Part shown: one piece after another, positions 1 to 9,572 of the stretch
Layout of the letters: every line of letters starts with the position of its first letter
Position numbering within the stretch: position 1 is the first letter of the stretch
DNA from: a virus
DNA: 64,000 nucleotides
IMG/VR virus record: IMGVR_UViG_3300027741_000024
Location: 1-64,000 of that record
Direction: 5' to 3' (one strand)
Position numbers and translations under genes: made by a program
Notes under the pieces: model-generated
Told to the model about the DNA's origin: nothing
Database searches by the model: none
What the model saw: only the letters and a program-made list of their open reading frames with translations

Positions 1-508
1 CAATGCAATGAAGCATGGCAATAAAACTCCTAACTTAGCACAATCTACTAACCGTGGTGGTGAACTTGCAACTGAAGCATACAACTCTAAAAAAACGGTA
101 AGTAGTTTTGGTGTAAATAGAAAAAATAGTGCTTACGTTAAGAAATATGATCCAACTTCAATATCAAAAATAGAAACGCAAGAAGATTTTATATTTCAAC
201 GTAAAGCTATTATGACTAACTTAATGAATAAAAGAATCAAGTTAGTTATGCCAGGTAATTTTCAATTAACTTCTGGTTTTAATTTGAATTTGAGGGTACC
301 AGATTTTTCAATAAAAGAACCTGGTGATGATGAGAATGAAGATCGTGGAACAAGTGGTAAATATTTGATTATTGCCACTCGTCATATTATTGGTTTTGAG
401 AAACATGAAACAATATTAGAAGTTGCAACAACATCCAATGAACTTGGATTTATACCACAAGGTGTGGCAGATCAAAATCAAGCAATAAAGACATATGGAT
501 CCTACTGA
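1..508 (+). CDS. Baseplate hub protein (gp27-like), C-terminal part; gene probably starts upstream of the window
   Basis: Frame is open from base 2. The PGNFQLTSG...SGKYLIIATRHII motif is typical of hub/gpD-like C-termini. Overlaps the gp5 start. Confidence 0.55.
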   Translation, partial: NAMKHGNKTPNLAQSTNRGGELATEAYNSKKTVSSFGVNRKNSAYVKKYDPTSISKIETQEDFIFQRKAIMTNLMNKRIKLVMPGNFQLTSGFNLNLRVPDFSIKEPGDDENEDRGTSGKYLIIATRHIIGFEKHETILEVATTSNELGFIPQGVADQNQAIKTYGSY

Positions 509-1385
509 AGATAATAAAGACTTTGCTGGCAAAAATGGATTCATCTGGTTCGTGGGTGTCGTTGAGGCTATCAATGATCCCTTAAAACTGGGTCGGTGTC
601 GTGTTCGTTGTGTCGGTTGGCATACAGATAATAAATCGTTGTTGCCTACAGATTCGTTGCCTTGGGCGCAAGTAATGTTACCAACAAATAACGTTAATCC
701 ATATCCACCAAGACAGTCTGATATGGTAATAGGGTTTTTTACAGATGGACCGAATGCACAAGATCCAATTATTATAGGCACACTTCCTGGTATTCCATTG
801 TCTGCTGGAAACTCACAGCAAGGTTTTTGTGATCCAAGAACATCGGCAGAACTTGCGGCAGCACCTGTAAAGCCTGATGAGTCTGCTACAAATTATCCAC
901 GAAAGTTGGATGAACCAACAACATCACGTTTAGCAAGAAATGATTCTGATTATCCGTCAGCAATCAATACAGCAAAGAAAACAAAGAAAGCAAGTAAAGT
1001 AGAACCAGATTCTTACTATGCTGCCAAGTATCCATATAACAATGTGTACGAATCTGAATCTGGACATGCATTAGAGTTTGATGACACTAAAGATGCAGAA
1101 CGAATACACATGTATCATCGGTCGGGTTCTTATGTTGAATATGGTCCATTAGGTGATCGTTCGGAAAGAATACAAAGAAATAAGTTTGAAGTTGTAATTG
1201 GTAACGAACAAGTATATGTCAAGGGTGATGTTACAGTTTTTATTGATGGAAATGCCACTGTAGATGTGGGTAAAAACGCAAAACTTAAAGTTGGCGGCAG
1301 TTTTCAAGCAGACATTGGTGGCACATGTAAGATAACGTCTGGTGGTAATATGTCATTTAAAGCGCCACGTATTGATTTGAATTAA
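495..1385 (+). CDS. gp5: Baseplate central spike gp5-like (OB fold plus short beta-helix, no lysozyme domain)
   Basis: WFVGVVEAINDPLKLGRCRVRCVGWH OB-fold motif, YPYNNVYESESGHALEFDDT..ERI...HRSGS segment, VxG-type C-terminal repeats; 296 aa. Confidence 0.9.
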   Translation: MDPTEDNKDFAGKNGFIWFVGVVEAINDPLKLGRCRVRCVGWHTDNKSLLPTDSLPWAQVMLPTNNVNPYPPRQSDMVIGFFTDGPNAQDPIIIGTLPGIPLSAGNSQQGFCDPRTSAELAAAPVKPDESATNYPRKLDEPTTSRLARNDSDYPSAINTAKKTKKASKVEPDSYYAAKYPYNNVYESESGHALEFDDTKDAERIHMYHRSGSYVEYGPLGDRSERIQRNKFEVVIGNEQVYVKGDVTVFIDGNATVDVGKNAKLKVGGSFQADIGGTCKITSGGNMSFKAPRIDLN

Positions 1386-1386
1386 T

Positions 1387-1584
1387 ATGAAACACGAATT
1401 TATTATTTTAGTAAAAGGTAAATTAAAAACTTACACTAACTGGGAAGATATTCCAGAAAAGTTTGATAACGTAATCAAGTTTAATCCGTATATGCCTCCT
1501 CCTCCACACACGGAAAAAGAACATGATGAGATAGAATCTTGGATGCCAAGGTTTAAAGAATTGATGAGTAGAGAAACAAAGTGA
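1387..1584 (+). CDS. Small hypothetical protein (65 aa) between gp5 and PAAR
   Basis: Tightly packed ORF with a PPPPHT motif; fits operon spacing. Confidence 0.7.
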   Translation: MKHEFIILVKGKLKTYTNWEDIPEKFDNVIKFNPYMPPPPHTEKEHDEIESWMPRFKELMSRETK

Positions 1585-2165
1585 CTCTATCAACGTATGG
1601 TAGACAATTTACAGATGTGCCCGCAGGTGAAACCGTTACCATAACTGCATCTGCTTTAGTCAATCCAATAGTAATAACATATGTTGGTGCTACAGTTGAT
1701 GGTAAATCTATCTCTAGTGTAACTATGTCAAATACTAGTTGTATATTATCTGATCCTTTAACACAAACATATACAACGACTTTTACATTAACTGGTCAAT
1801 ATAGTTACGATTTAGCAACAGAAGATGAGTTTATTGCAATTAATACTAAAAATTATATTTCATCTTCAGAAGATTTTGAACAATTAACTTATCAATCATA
1901 TGATAAATTAATTGCGGAAAAAGGAGTAAAATGGGATCAAATTATTAAATTTTATCCAGATAGGTCACCAGAAAAAACTGTAATCTATACATTCACTGGA
2001 GGCACTCCAACAACGACTACACAAAAAGTACATTTGATACCAACAAGACAATTTACTAGGTTACAGAGTATAATGCAATCTATATCACCTAATAGAGTTG
2101 TTACAGATGCATCGGGTAATATAATAACACCAGGTTATAGTTCCGACCCATCAGGTTGGACATAG
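1581..2165 (+). CDS. Hypothetical Thr-rich protein, probably baseplate-associated
   Basis: 194-aa ORF, GTG start overlapping the previous stop, inside the spike gene cluster. Confidence 0.65.
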   Translation: MTLSTYGRQFTDVPAGETVTITASALVNPIVITYVGATVDGKSISSVTMSNTSCILSDPLTQTYTTTFTLTGQYSYDLATEDEFIAINTKNYISSSEDFEQLTYQSYDKLIAEKGVKWDQIIKFYPDRSPEKTVIYTFTGGTPTTTTQKVHLIPTRQFTRLQSIMQSISPNRVVTDASGNIITPGYSSDPSGWT

Positions 2166-2174
2166 GAGAAATTA

Positions 2175-2468
2175 ATGCCAGCAGCAACTAGAATTGGGGA
2201 TACAGATATCACTCATTGTTCAACACCGGCAAGAGCTGAAGGAGCTTCAAAGGTATTTGTAAATGGAATACCTTGGAGTTGTCAGGGTCACACAAATACT
2301 CCACATCTTATTCCGAATGATGATCCATGTTCGGTTCATGCTGCCAGTATATCTTCTGGTTCGTCCACCGTTAAAGTGCAAGGACGTGGCGCTGGAAGAG
2401 TAGGAGACAGTATTTCAGGATGTACTGCTGTGGCATCTGGTTCTGGTAATGTTTTTGCTGGAGGTTGA
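2175..2468 (+). CDS. PAAR spike-tip protein (T4 gp5.4-like)
   Basis: MPAATRIGD...H, VFVNG, GRVGDSI..GC, SGSGNVFAGG PAAR-type repeats; SD AGGAG upstream. Confidence 0.92.
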   Translation: MPAATRIGDTDITHCSTPARAEGASKVFVNGIPWSCQGHTNTPHLIPNDDPCSVHAASISSGSSTVKVQGRGAGRVGDSISGCTAVASGSGNVFAGG

Positions 2469-2479
2469 ATAAATAAACG

Positions 2480-2902
2480 ATGTCAACAAAAATTACTTCA
2501 AATGATCCAACAATTACCGCAGAAAGGTCGTTTAAAGACCTTGATCTGAACTTCACTTCACATCCGATTAAAAAAGATGTGAGTAGACATTACAATGAAA
2601 AGGCGATCATTAATGCAGTCAAGAACTTAGTTTCCACTAATTTTTATGAGAAACCATTTCAACCAGACTTTGGTGCAGGTATTAGAGGACTATTATTTGA
2701 ACCTGTTGATTCGGTTTTTGGTGCATCAATTGAAAGAAAATTAAGTGAAACAATAAAAAATTATGAACCTAGGGTGGCAATTGAATCTATTACTGCTATA
2801 CCAGCACCCGATGAGAATGGATATAAAGTTAGAATGGTGTTTTTCATCATCAACTCTCCAAATCCAGTAACGATTAACTTCTTTTTAGAGCGTATAAGAT
2901 AA
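2480..2902 (+). CDS. gp25: Baseplate wedge subunit gp25
   Basis: FKDLDLNF, AIINAVKNLV, EKPFQPDFG..I..LLFE and NYEPRV motifs; directly upstream of gp6. Confidence 0.93.
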   Translation: MSTKITSNDPTITAERSFKDLDLNFTSHPIKKDVSRHYNEKAIINAVKNLVSTNFYEKPFQPDFGAGIRGLLFEPVDSVFGASIERKLSETIKNYEPRVAIESITAIPAPDENGYKVRMVFFIINSPNPVTINFFLERIR

Positions 2903-2903
2903 A

Positions 2904-4961
2904 ATGACAGATCGTCTAAGAGTAACCGAACTTGATTTTGATACAATCAAGCAGAATCTAAAAACATATTTAAAAGCACAATCTGAATTTACAGACTATG
3001 ACTTTGAAGGTTCTGGTTTGAATGTGTTGTTGGATATTCTGGCATATAATACTCATTACAATGCATATTATTTAAATATGGTTGCAAATGAATCATTTAT
3101 GGACACGGCTTTATTAAGAGATTCTGTTATTTCTCACGCAAAAGTTTTAGGTTATGTTCCATATTCACGTAAGACTTCTGAGGCAACTTTAAATTTTACT
3201 GTTTCTACCAGTTCAAATACTTCATCAACGTTGACTATACCTAAAGGATTTTCCTTCTTATCGAATGAAATTGATGGTATCAGTTATAATTTTGTAACTC
3301 TTGCGGAAACAACTGCGACAAAGTCTAATACAGACTTTACATTTTTAAACTTGCCAATATACGAAGGTCAGTTGGTATCATATAATTACACATATGATCA
3401 AACAACAAATCCAAAACAAACATTTTTAATACCTGACACTAATATAGATACTTCTACTATTTCTTTAACTGTACAAGCATCATCAACCAATACATCAATT
3501 GAAACTTTTATGTTGGCTACGGATGCCGGCAATGTTACAACAACTTCACCAGTATTTTATTTGCAGGAAGATAAAGGAGAAAAATATAGCATTTACTTTG
3601 GAAATAATGTTATAGGTAAAACAATAACGAATGGTAATATTGTATCTTTAAGTTATTTAATTACAAACGGTGATGTTGCGAATAAAGCAAACAATTTTGT
3701 TGCAACGGGAACATTGGTAGATTCTTTAGGCAACTCATTAACAGACTTTACAATTGATCCTATAAGTTCTTCTTCTGGTGGATCTGAACGTGAATCCGTA
3801 GACGAAATTAAATTTGCAGCACCTCTTCAGTTTACTACTCAAAATCGTTTGATTACTTTTAACGATTATGCATCGTACATCAAGAAAAATTATTCTGCCA
3901 TAGACTCGGTTTCTGTTTGGGGTGGAGAAGATGAATCACCTCCAGTTTTTGGTCGTGTTTTTGTTTCTTTAAAACCAAAACAAAATTATTATCTTTCTGA
4001 TGTTGAAAAACAAAAAATTATTGATGAAATTATTAAACCAAAAGCTGTTGTAGCTGTACAAACAATTATTCGTGATCCAGAATATCTATATTTGTTAATA
4101 AATTCAAATGTTTCATATGATGCTAAAAAAACTATTTTAACTAAAGAACAAGTAATTTCTGCTATTCGTTCTTCTATTTTAACTTATAAAACGCAAAACC
4201 TGGATCAATTTAATTCAAAATTTATTTTATCAAGATTACAAGATGCAATTGACAATACAGATGTCAACTCAATTATTGGATCACAAACTGTAATTAAATT
4301 ACAGAAAAGGTTTAAGCCGTCTTTAAATGCAAATAAATCTTACAATATTGTTTTTGGTGCTCCTCTACATAGAGGTACAATTACGAACAAGATGACCTCT
4401 ACTCAATTTAAAGTATATGATAATCAAGGAATTGAAAGAGAAGTTATCTTTGAAGAAACACCACAATCATATACTGGTATCTCTTCAATTGCAGTTTTAA
4501 ATGGTGGTGTTGGTTATACTTCGGCACCCACAATAACCATTTTGGGTGATGGATATGGTGCAGAAGCATCTGCAATAATTGTTAATGGTAAAATTAAAGA
4601 AATTAATATAACAAAAACTGGTATTGAATACACCAAAGCCACTATATCAATTTCTGGTGGTGGTGGATATGGAGCTCAAGCTGCTGTTTCGGTTGATTCC
4701 AGAATAGGTACTGTTCGAGTTGTATACTTTGACCAAAATGCAGTAAGACAAATCGTAAATGGTAATGCCGGCACAATTGACTATAATGCTGGTATAATTT
4801 ACATTAACAATATTTTAATTAATTCAGTAAGTTCAATTGATGGATATCTCAGACTAACTATTGAATCTGATAAAGGTATTATTGGAACTTCTAAAAATAT
4901 TATTATTACATTAGACAAAGATGATCCAACTTCTATTAGTACAATCTTAGAAACTGTATAA
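2904..4961 (+). CDS. gp6: Baseplate wedge subunit gp6
   Basis: LDFDTIKQNLKTYL, DYDFEGSGLNVLLDILAYNTHYNA, ES..EIK..AP...QNR..T..DY and VWGGE motifs. Confidence 0.95.
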   Translation: MTDRLRVTELDFDTIKQNLKTYLKAQSEFTDYDFEGSGLNVLLDILAYNTHYNAYYLNMVANESFMDTALLRDSVISHAKVLGYVPYSRKTSEATLNFTVSTSSNTSSTLTIPKGFSFLSNEIDGISYNFVTLAETTATKSNTDFTFLNLPIYEGQLVSYNYTYDQTTNPKQTFLIPDTNIDTSTISLTVQASSTNTSIETFMLATDAGNVTTTSPVFYLQEDKGEKYSIYFGNNVIGKTITNGNIVSLSYLITNGDVANKANNFVATGTLVDSLGNSLTDFTIDPISSSSGGSERESVDEIKFAAPLQFTTQNRLITFNDYASYIKKNYSAIDSVSVWGGEDESPPVFGRVFVSLKPKQNYYLSDVEKQKIIDEIIKPKAVVAVQTIIRDPEYLYLLINSNVSYDAKKTILTKEQVISAIRSSILTYKTQNLDQFNSKFILSRLQDAIDNTDVNSIIGSQTVIKLQKRFKPSLNANKSYNIVFGAPLHRGTITNKMTSTQFKVYDNQGIEREVIFEETPQSYTGISSIAVLNGGVGYTSAPTITILGDGYGAEASAIIVNGKIKEINITKTGIEYTKATISISGGGGYGAQAAVSVDSRIGTVRVVYFDQNAVRQIVNGNAGTIDYNAGIIYINNILINSVSSIDGYLRLTIESDKGIIGTSKNIIITLDKDDPTSISTILETV

Positions 4962-7900
4962 TGACGACAGATTTAAAAACATCACTACTTGTTAATCAAC
5001 AGGTTCCTGAATATGTTAGAGACGAATATCCCACATTTATAGCTTTTCTTGAGGCTTACTATGAGTTTTTAGAAACTAAGCAAGGAACTGAAAAAAATGA
5101 TTTGGTCACTCAAGCCAAAAAGTTAAAAAATATTTCTGATATTGACGATTCAATTGAAGAGTTTGAAAAAAGTTTTTATAATACGTATGGTTCACTTGTA
5201 CCTTTAGAGGTTCAATCCGATAAAGCACTTCTTTTTAAACATCTATTACCTCTTTATAGAATAAAAGGTAGTGAAAATTCTTTCAAACTTCTTTTCCGTT
5301 TAGTATTTGGAGAAGATATTGATGTTATTTTACCCCGTAATAATGTCTTAAAAGCATCCAACAGTAAATGGACGATTGATAACAAACTTCGAATTAATAC
5401 TGATGTTTATACAAATTATGTTGGTGACGGTTTAACTAAAGAATTTATTTTAGCACAAATTGTAACAACCAATGATATTACAGTTTATATTAATGATATT
5501 GAAACAAATTCTTTTTTTATACGAAAAGAATATCGTAAAATAATTTTTGATACTGCACCACCAAATGGTTCTGTTATTAAAGTTGTTTATGATAAATTTG
5601 ATGAGAAACTTTTTCAAAACAGAAAAGTTATAGGTTTAACTTCTGGTGCATCTGCAATTATTGAAATAGCTAGTCGCCGAATTCTTTCCGATGTATTAAA
5701 TCTTGGTTTACCTATTGAATTGTTAATCAACACAACTTCTTTAGAAGGTAATTTTTTAAATGGTGAATTTGTAACCATTCCTATTATTGACGCTAATGGA
5801 ATTCTATTAGATGTTCGTGCATCTACATTTTCTATTGTTAAAAAAGTTAATATTATTAATCGTGGATTTAATTACAGAGTAGGTGATCCAATTTCTATTA
5901 TTGGTGGTAATTCAATAACGAGTGCTATTGCCACGGTTGGAACTGTATTCTCTGGTGCAATTAATCGTGTTTTAGTTTTTCATGGCGGTGCAGTTTTTAC
6001 AAATGGCTCTCCTATTTTAATTTCAGCAAATGGAAATTCCGTTTTTAATTTAGTTGTTGATGCTATTGATGAATCTGGAACTAATTCTGCGAATACATTT
6101 ATCGTTAGCACTGACATAATTGATGATTATAAAAATATTTTAATTAGTGCATCAGATTATGGTTTTCCAAATGCAAACAATCCTACGGGTGAAAACGTAA
6201 ATACACGTATTATTGATTCACTTTCATATGATGTGTTAAAAGTTGGACCAATTGCAAATGTTAGAGTTTTGTCCGCCGATGCATCAGTATTTACTCCTAT
6301 TTTAGACGGATTTGGTGCATCATATGGTCCTGGCGCAGCAATTAGAACTGTAAAAAGTTTAGGTAGTATTGCACGATTTAAAATTAATAACGGTGGAATA
6401 GGATATGCAGTTGGTGATGAGATTGTTTTTGGTTCAAATCCTGTAGCAACATATGGACAAGGTGCAGCTGCTGTTGTTGCTAACGTAGCATTAAATGGTT
6501 CTATTCGAAAAATTGAAGTTGCAAATACACGAATTTCTGGCACAGCCACAATTTCAACGAGTGGTGTTGTCGTATCAGGAACTGGCACAAAATTTACTAC
6601 AGAATTAAAAGTTGGTGACACAATTGATATTAATAACCAGTCTAGAGTAATTGCCACAATTACTGATCCAATAACAATGTCTGTAACACAGCCTTGGACA
6701 TATGCATCAACTAATAAACGTATTGGTGTATATAATTATTATCCAAAAGGTGGTTTTGGATATGTACAGAATAATTTTCCAACTATAACTGTATCATCTC
6801 TTTTAGGTTCAAATGCAAATATAGTAATTGATTCTATTGCATCAGATAATGAACAGTTGCAAGGTACCTCTGATGATGTTCCTGGTGCGATTCTTTCTGT
6901 TAGAGTTCCAGTACCTGGAAGTGGTTATCAATTTGTTCCTATTGCAACTGTAATTAGTTCTACAGGTAGTGGTGCATCTCTTGTTCCAGAAATTGAACGG
7001 TCTTATGTTTCTTCTACAGGTCGTTGGGAAACTTCTGATTCTTTATTATCAACATCAGAAAGAAAAATTGCTGGCCGTCAATATTATGTTGATTACTCAT
7101 ATGTAATTTCTTCTAAAGTGGAATTTTACAAATATAAAAAGATACTAAAGGATTTATTACATCCAGTAGGTTTTGTAAATTATGCTGAATATCAAAAATC
7201 AAATTCTTTTAGTGGTTCTACTATTAATGTAGAAAATACAAAAGAAATTACACTTTCTGGTAAAATTAATGTTTCAAATGGAAGTGTACTTGTTACAGGT
7301 CTTTCTACTAAATTTAATATCGCAAATCAAAAGAACATTCTAACTCCAGGCACAAGAATTGCAGTTAATGGTGAAATCAGGACTGTTAATAGTATTATCT
7401 CAAATACTACACTCTTAACTTCAGAAAATTTATCCAACATTTGGATTACAAATTCGGGTTCAGGATATTCAAATGGATACCTGAATATTAATAATGGTGG
7501 TGGTATAATTACAAGTTTAACTATTGGTTATAAAGGTGCTGGGTATTCCAATGGTATCTTATTGTTTACTGGTTCAGATCAATCTATATCAGCTGTTGCT
7601 AATGTTGAAGTTTTTCCTTCTAATGGTTCATTAAGAAGAGTTACATTGTCAAGTGGCGGATTATTTTCAAAAACACCTATTGCTACACCAGATACACCTG
7701 CAGGTAACGTAGTTTATGCCAACTCAATTACGATTACTAATCCTGGTTCGGGTTATTCAAATGGTTTTTTAAATTTTTCTGATGGTGATCCAATTCGTGT
7801 ACCAAAAGTCAATATAGAAGTTTATCCCTCAAATGGTGGAATTAGAACAATTCTTACTACTGGAATTGATCCTGGTTTGTATAGAGGTCCTGGTTTTCCA

Positions 7901-9556
7901 ACACTCACACCAAACACAAGTCCAAACGTGGTTATATCTAAAGTTACTGTTACGAATAATGGACTTGGGCATTCAAATGGTGTATTGACAATTACTGGTG
8001 GAGGTAGTTCTAGGGCAGCACAAGTTGCAGTTGAAGTTAATGCTAATGGCAGTATTGTTAGTACCACTATTTTAGACCCCGGACTTTATACTTCAGCAGT
8101 TAATGTGGCAAGTATTACTGCCAATACTAATGCTGTAGGTGTAAATAGTTTTGTTATATTCACTGGTGGTGGAACAGGTAATACTGCGGCTAACGCAAGA
8201 ATTTATGTAAATACTGCTGGTTATATTGTTAATGTTGTGGTTATTGCTAATGGTGCATATGTTAGTTTACCAACTGCAACAGCAAATACGGGTAATGGAG
8301 TTTTCACTGTAATTACGCAATCTATCATAAAAGCTACTGTGAATAACACACCACTTCACGTATCGTCATTTGCAGCAAATACTGCAACTTATAACGGTCG
8401 TGCAATAGCTAATGGGTATATTGTATTCACTGGAGGTAATCCTGTAATTAATGCTAACGTGTCTTATGAAGTGTATCCAAACACAGGTACGATAAGATCA
8501 TACACTATTAATCAGGTTGGATTATATCGCACAACACCTAATGTTGCTCCTAGTTCTGTACCTTATTCGGTAACAGAAGTTTGGCCAACTGATGGTGGTA
8601 GTGGATATGCAAATGGATATATTGTTATTCAAGGTGGTGAACCGATAATGAACGGTAATACTGGAGTAGGAAACACCTCTTCTTTTGCCAATACAGGTTA
8701 TCCAACATCAAACGCTAACGTACAAATTATTGTTAATAGTATAGGTGCTATCGTTAGAACTATTATTACAAACATTGGACTATATGCAAACGTTTCTAAT
8801 ATTAATTTGAATGGTGCTGTTGAAAGTATTATTGCTAATTCGGGCGCAAGAACTGTTAATAGTTGGATTACATTGTCTAACCCACAAACATATGGCAACA
8901 CAAGACTCAATTCAAATGTGGCAAATGCCAGAATTTTTGTAAATACTGCTGGATATGTTGTTAATGTGGCTGTTTTTGCTAATGGTATTTACTATGGTAC
9001 GCCAATAGTTACTAATTTAAGATATTATGAAAATACTGCATCAGTTCCAGCAGGTTCGGGTGGATTAAATGGACAAACATCAAATGCCGCCTTTACAATT
9101 ACGATGGGACCAAGAACAATTTATGCTGGTAATGGTGTAAGTCAAAACGGCTCAGGTGCTCGTTTCAGAATTTCTTATAATGCCAATACATCAAACATTG
9201 CAAATATTGCAGCCACAATGACATCAAATACATTGTACACTGCAACAATTGCTTTAACTGCAAATAGTAACTCTACAACAAATGCAACATTCACTGTTTA
9301 CCCTGTATCTAATGTTCAAACAGTAGCTAATATTACGGTAGGATTTACTGGTCAGAATACACCAGCAAACGTATCAGTTGAAGTTTATCCTGCTAATGGT
9401 GCTATTAGAAATCTAACAATTAATACTCAAGGTAATTACTATTATCCGCCAGATATAACGCCAGATAGTGTGGGAACTGGTGCAGATTTGAGAGTGAACA
9501 GTAAAGGAATTTTTACTCAAACTGCTAACAATCAAGACTTAATTGTCTACAAATAG
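4961..9556 (+). CDS. gp7: Baseplate wedge initiator gp7-like, enlarged by many inserted beta-rich domains
   Basis: VPEYVRDEYPTFIAFLEAYYEFLE, Y..KGSE.SF..LFR..FGE, YY.DYSYVISS...YK..LK.LLHPVGF; lies between gp6 and gp8 with TAATG coupling to gp6. Confidence 0.85.
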   Translation: MTTDLKTSLLVNQQVPEYVRDEYPTFIAFLEAYYEFLETKQGTEKNDLVTQAKKLKNISDIDDSIEEFEKSFYNTYGSLVPLEVQSDKALLFKHLLPLYRIKGSENSFKLLFRLVFGEDIDVILPRNNVLKASNSKWTIDNKLRINTDVYTNYVGDGLTKEFILAQIVTTNDITVYINDIETNSFFIRKEYRKIIFDTAPPNGSVIKVVYDKFDEKLFQNRKVIGLTSGASAIIEIASRRILSDVLNLGLPIELLINTTSLEGNFLNGEFVTIPIIDANGILLDVRASTFSIVKKVNIINRGFNYRVGDPISIIGGNSITSAIATVGTVFSGAINRVLVFHGGAVFTNGSPILISANGNSVFNLVVDAIDESGTNSANTFIVSTDIIDDYKNILISASDYGFPNANNPTGENVNTRIIDSLSYDVLKVGPIANVRVLSADASVFTPILDGFGASYGPGAAIRTVKSLGSIARFKINNGGIGYAVGDEIVFGSNPVATYGQGAAAVVANVALNGSIRKIEVANTRISGTATISTSGVVVSGTGTKFTTELKVGDTIDINNQSRVIATITDPITMSVTQPWTYASTNKRIGVYNYYPKGGFGYVQNNFPTITVSSLLGSNANIVIDSIASDNEQLQGTSDDVPGAILSVRVPVPGSGYQFVPIATVISSTGSGASLVPEIERSYVSSTGRWETSDSLLSTSERKIAGRQYYVDYSYVISSKVEFYKYKKILKDLLHPVGFVNYAEYQKSNSFSGSTINVENTKEITLSGKINVSNGSVLVTGLSTKFNIANQKNILTPGTRIAVNGEIRTVNSIISNTTLLTSENLSNIWITNSGSGYSNGYLNINNGGGIITSLTIGYKGAGYSNGILLFTGSDQSISAVANVEVFPSNGSLRRVTLSSGGLFSKTPIATPDTPAGNVVYANSITITNPGSGYSNGFLNFSDGDPIRVPKVNIEVYPSNGGIRTILTTGIDPGLYRGPGFPTLTPNTSPNVVISKVTVTNNGLGHSNGVLTITGGGSSRAAQVAVEVNANGSIVSTTILDPGLYTSAVNVASITANTNAVGVNSFVIFTGGGTGNTAANARIYVNTAGYIVNVVVIANGAYVSLPTATANTGNGVFTVITQSIIKATVNNTPLHVSSFAANTATYNGRAIANGYIVFTGGNPVINANVSYEVYPNTGTIRSYTINQVGLYRTTPNVAPSSVPYSVTEVWPTDGGSGYANGYIVIQGGEPIMNGNTGVGNTSSFANTGYPTSNANVQIIVNSIGAIVRTIITNIGLYANVSNINLNGAVESIIANSGARTVNSWITLSNPQTYGNTRLNSNVANARIFVNTAGYVVNVAVFANGIYYGTPIVTNLRYYENTASVPAGSGGLNGQTSNAAFTITMGPRTIYAGNGVSQNGSGARFRISYNANTSNIANIAATMTSNTLYTATIALTANSNSTTNATFTVYPVSNVQTVANITVGFTGQNTPANVSVEVYPANGAIRNLTINTQGNYYYPPDITPDSVGTGADLRVNSKGIFTQTANNQDLIVYK

Positions 9557-9558
9557 AG

Positions 9559-9566
9559 AATAAATA
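9559..9566 (+). promoter_or_regulatory. Putative late promoter (gp8)
   Basis: AATAAATA in the gp7-gp8 gap. Confidence 0.55.
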
Positions 9567-9572
9567 CAATTT

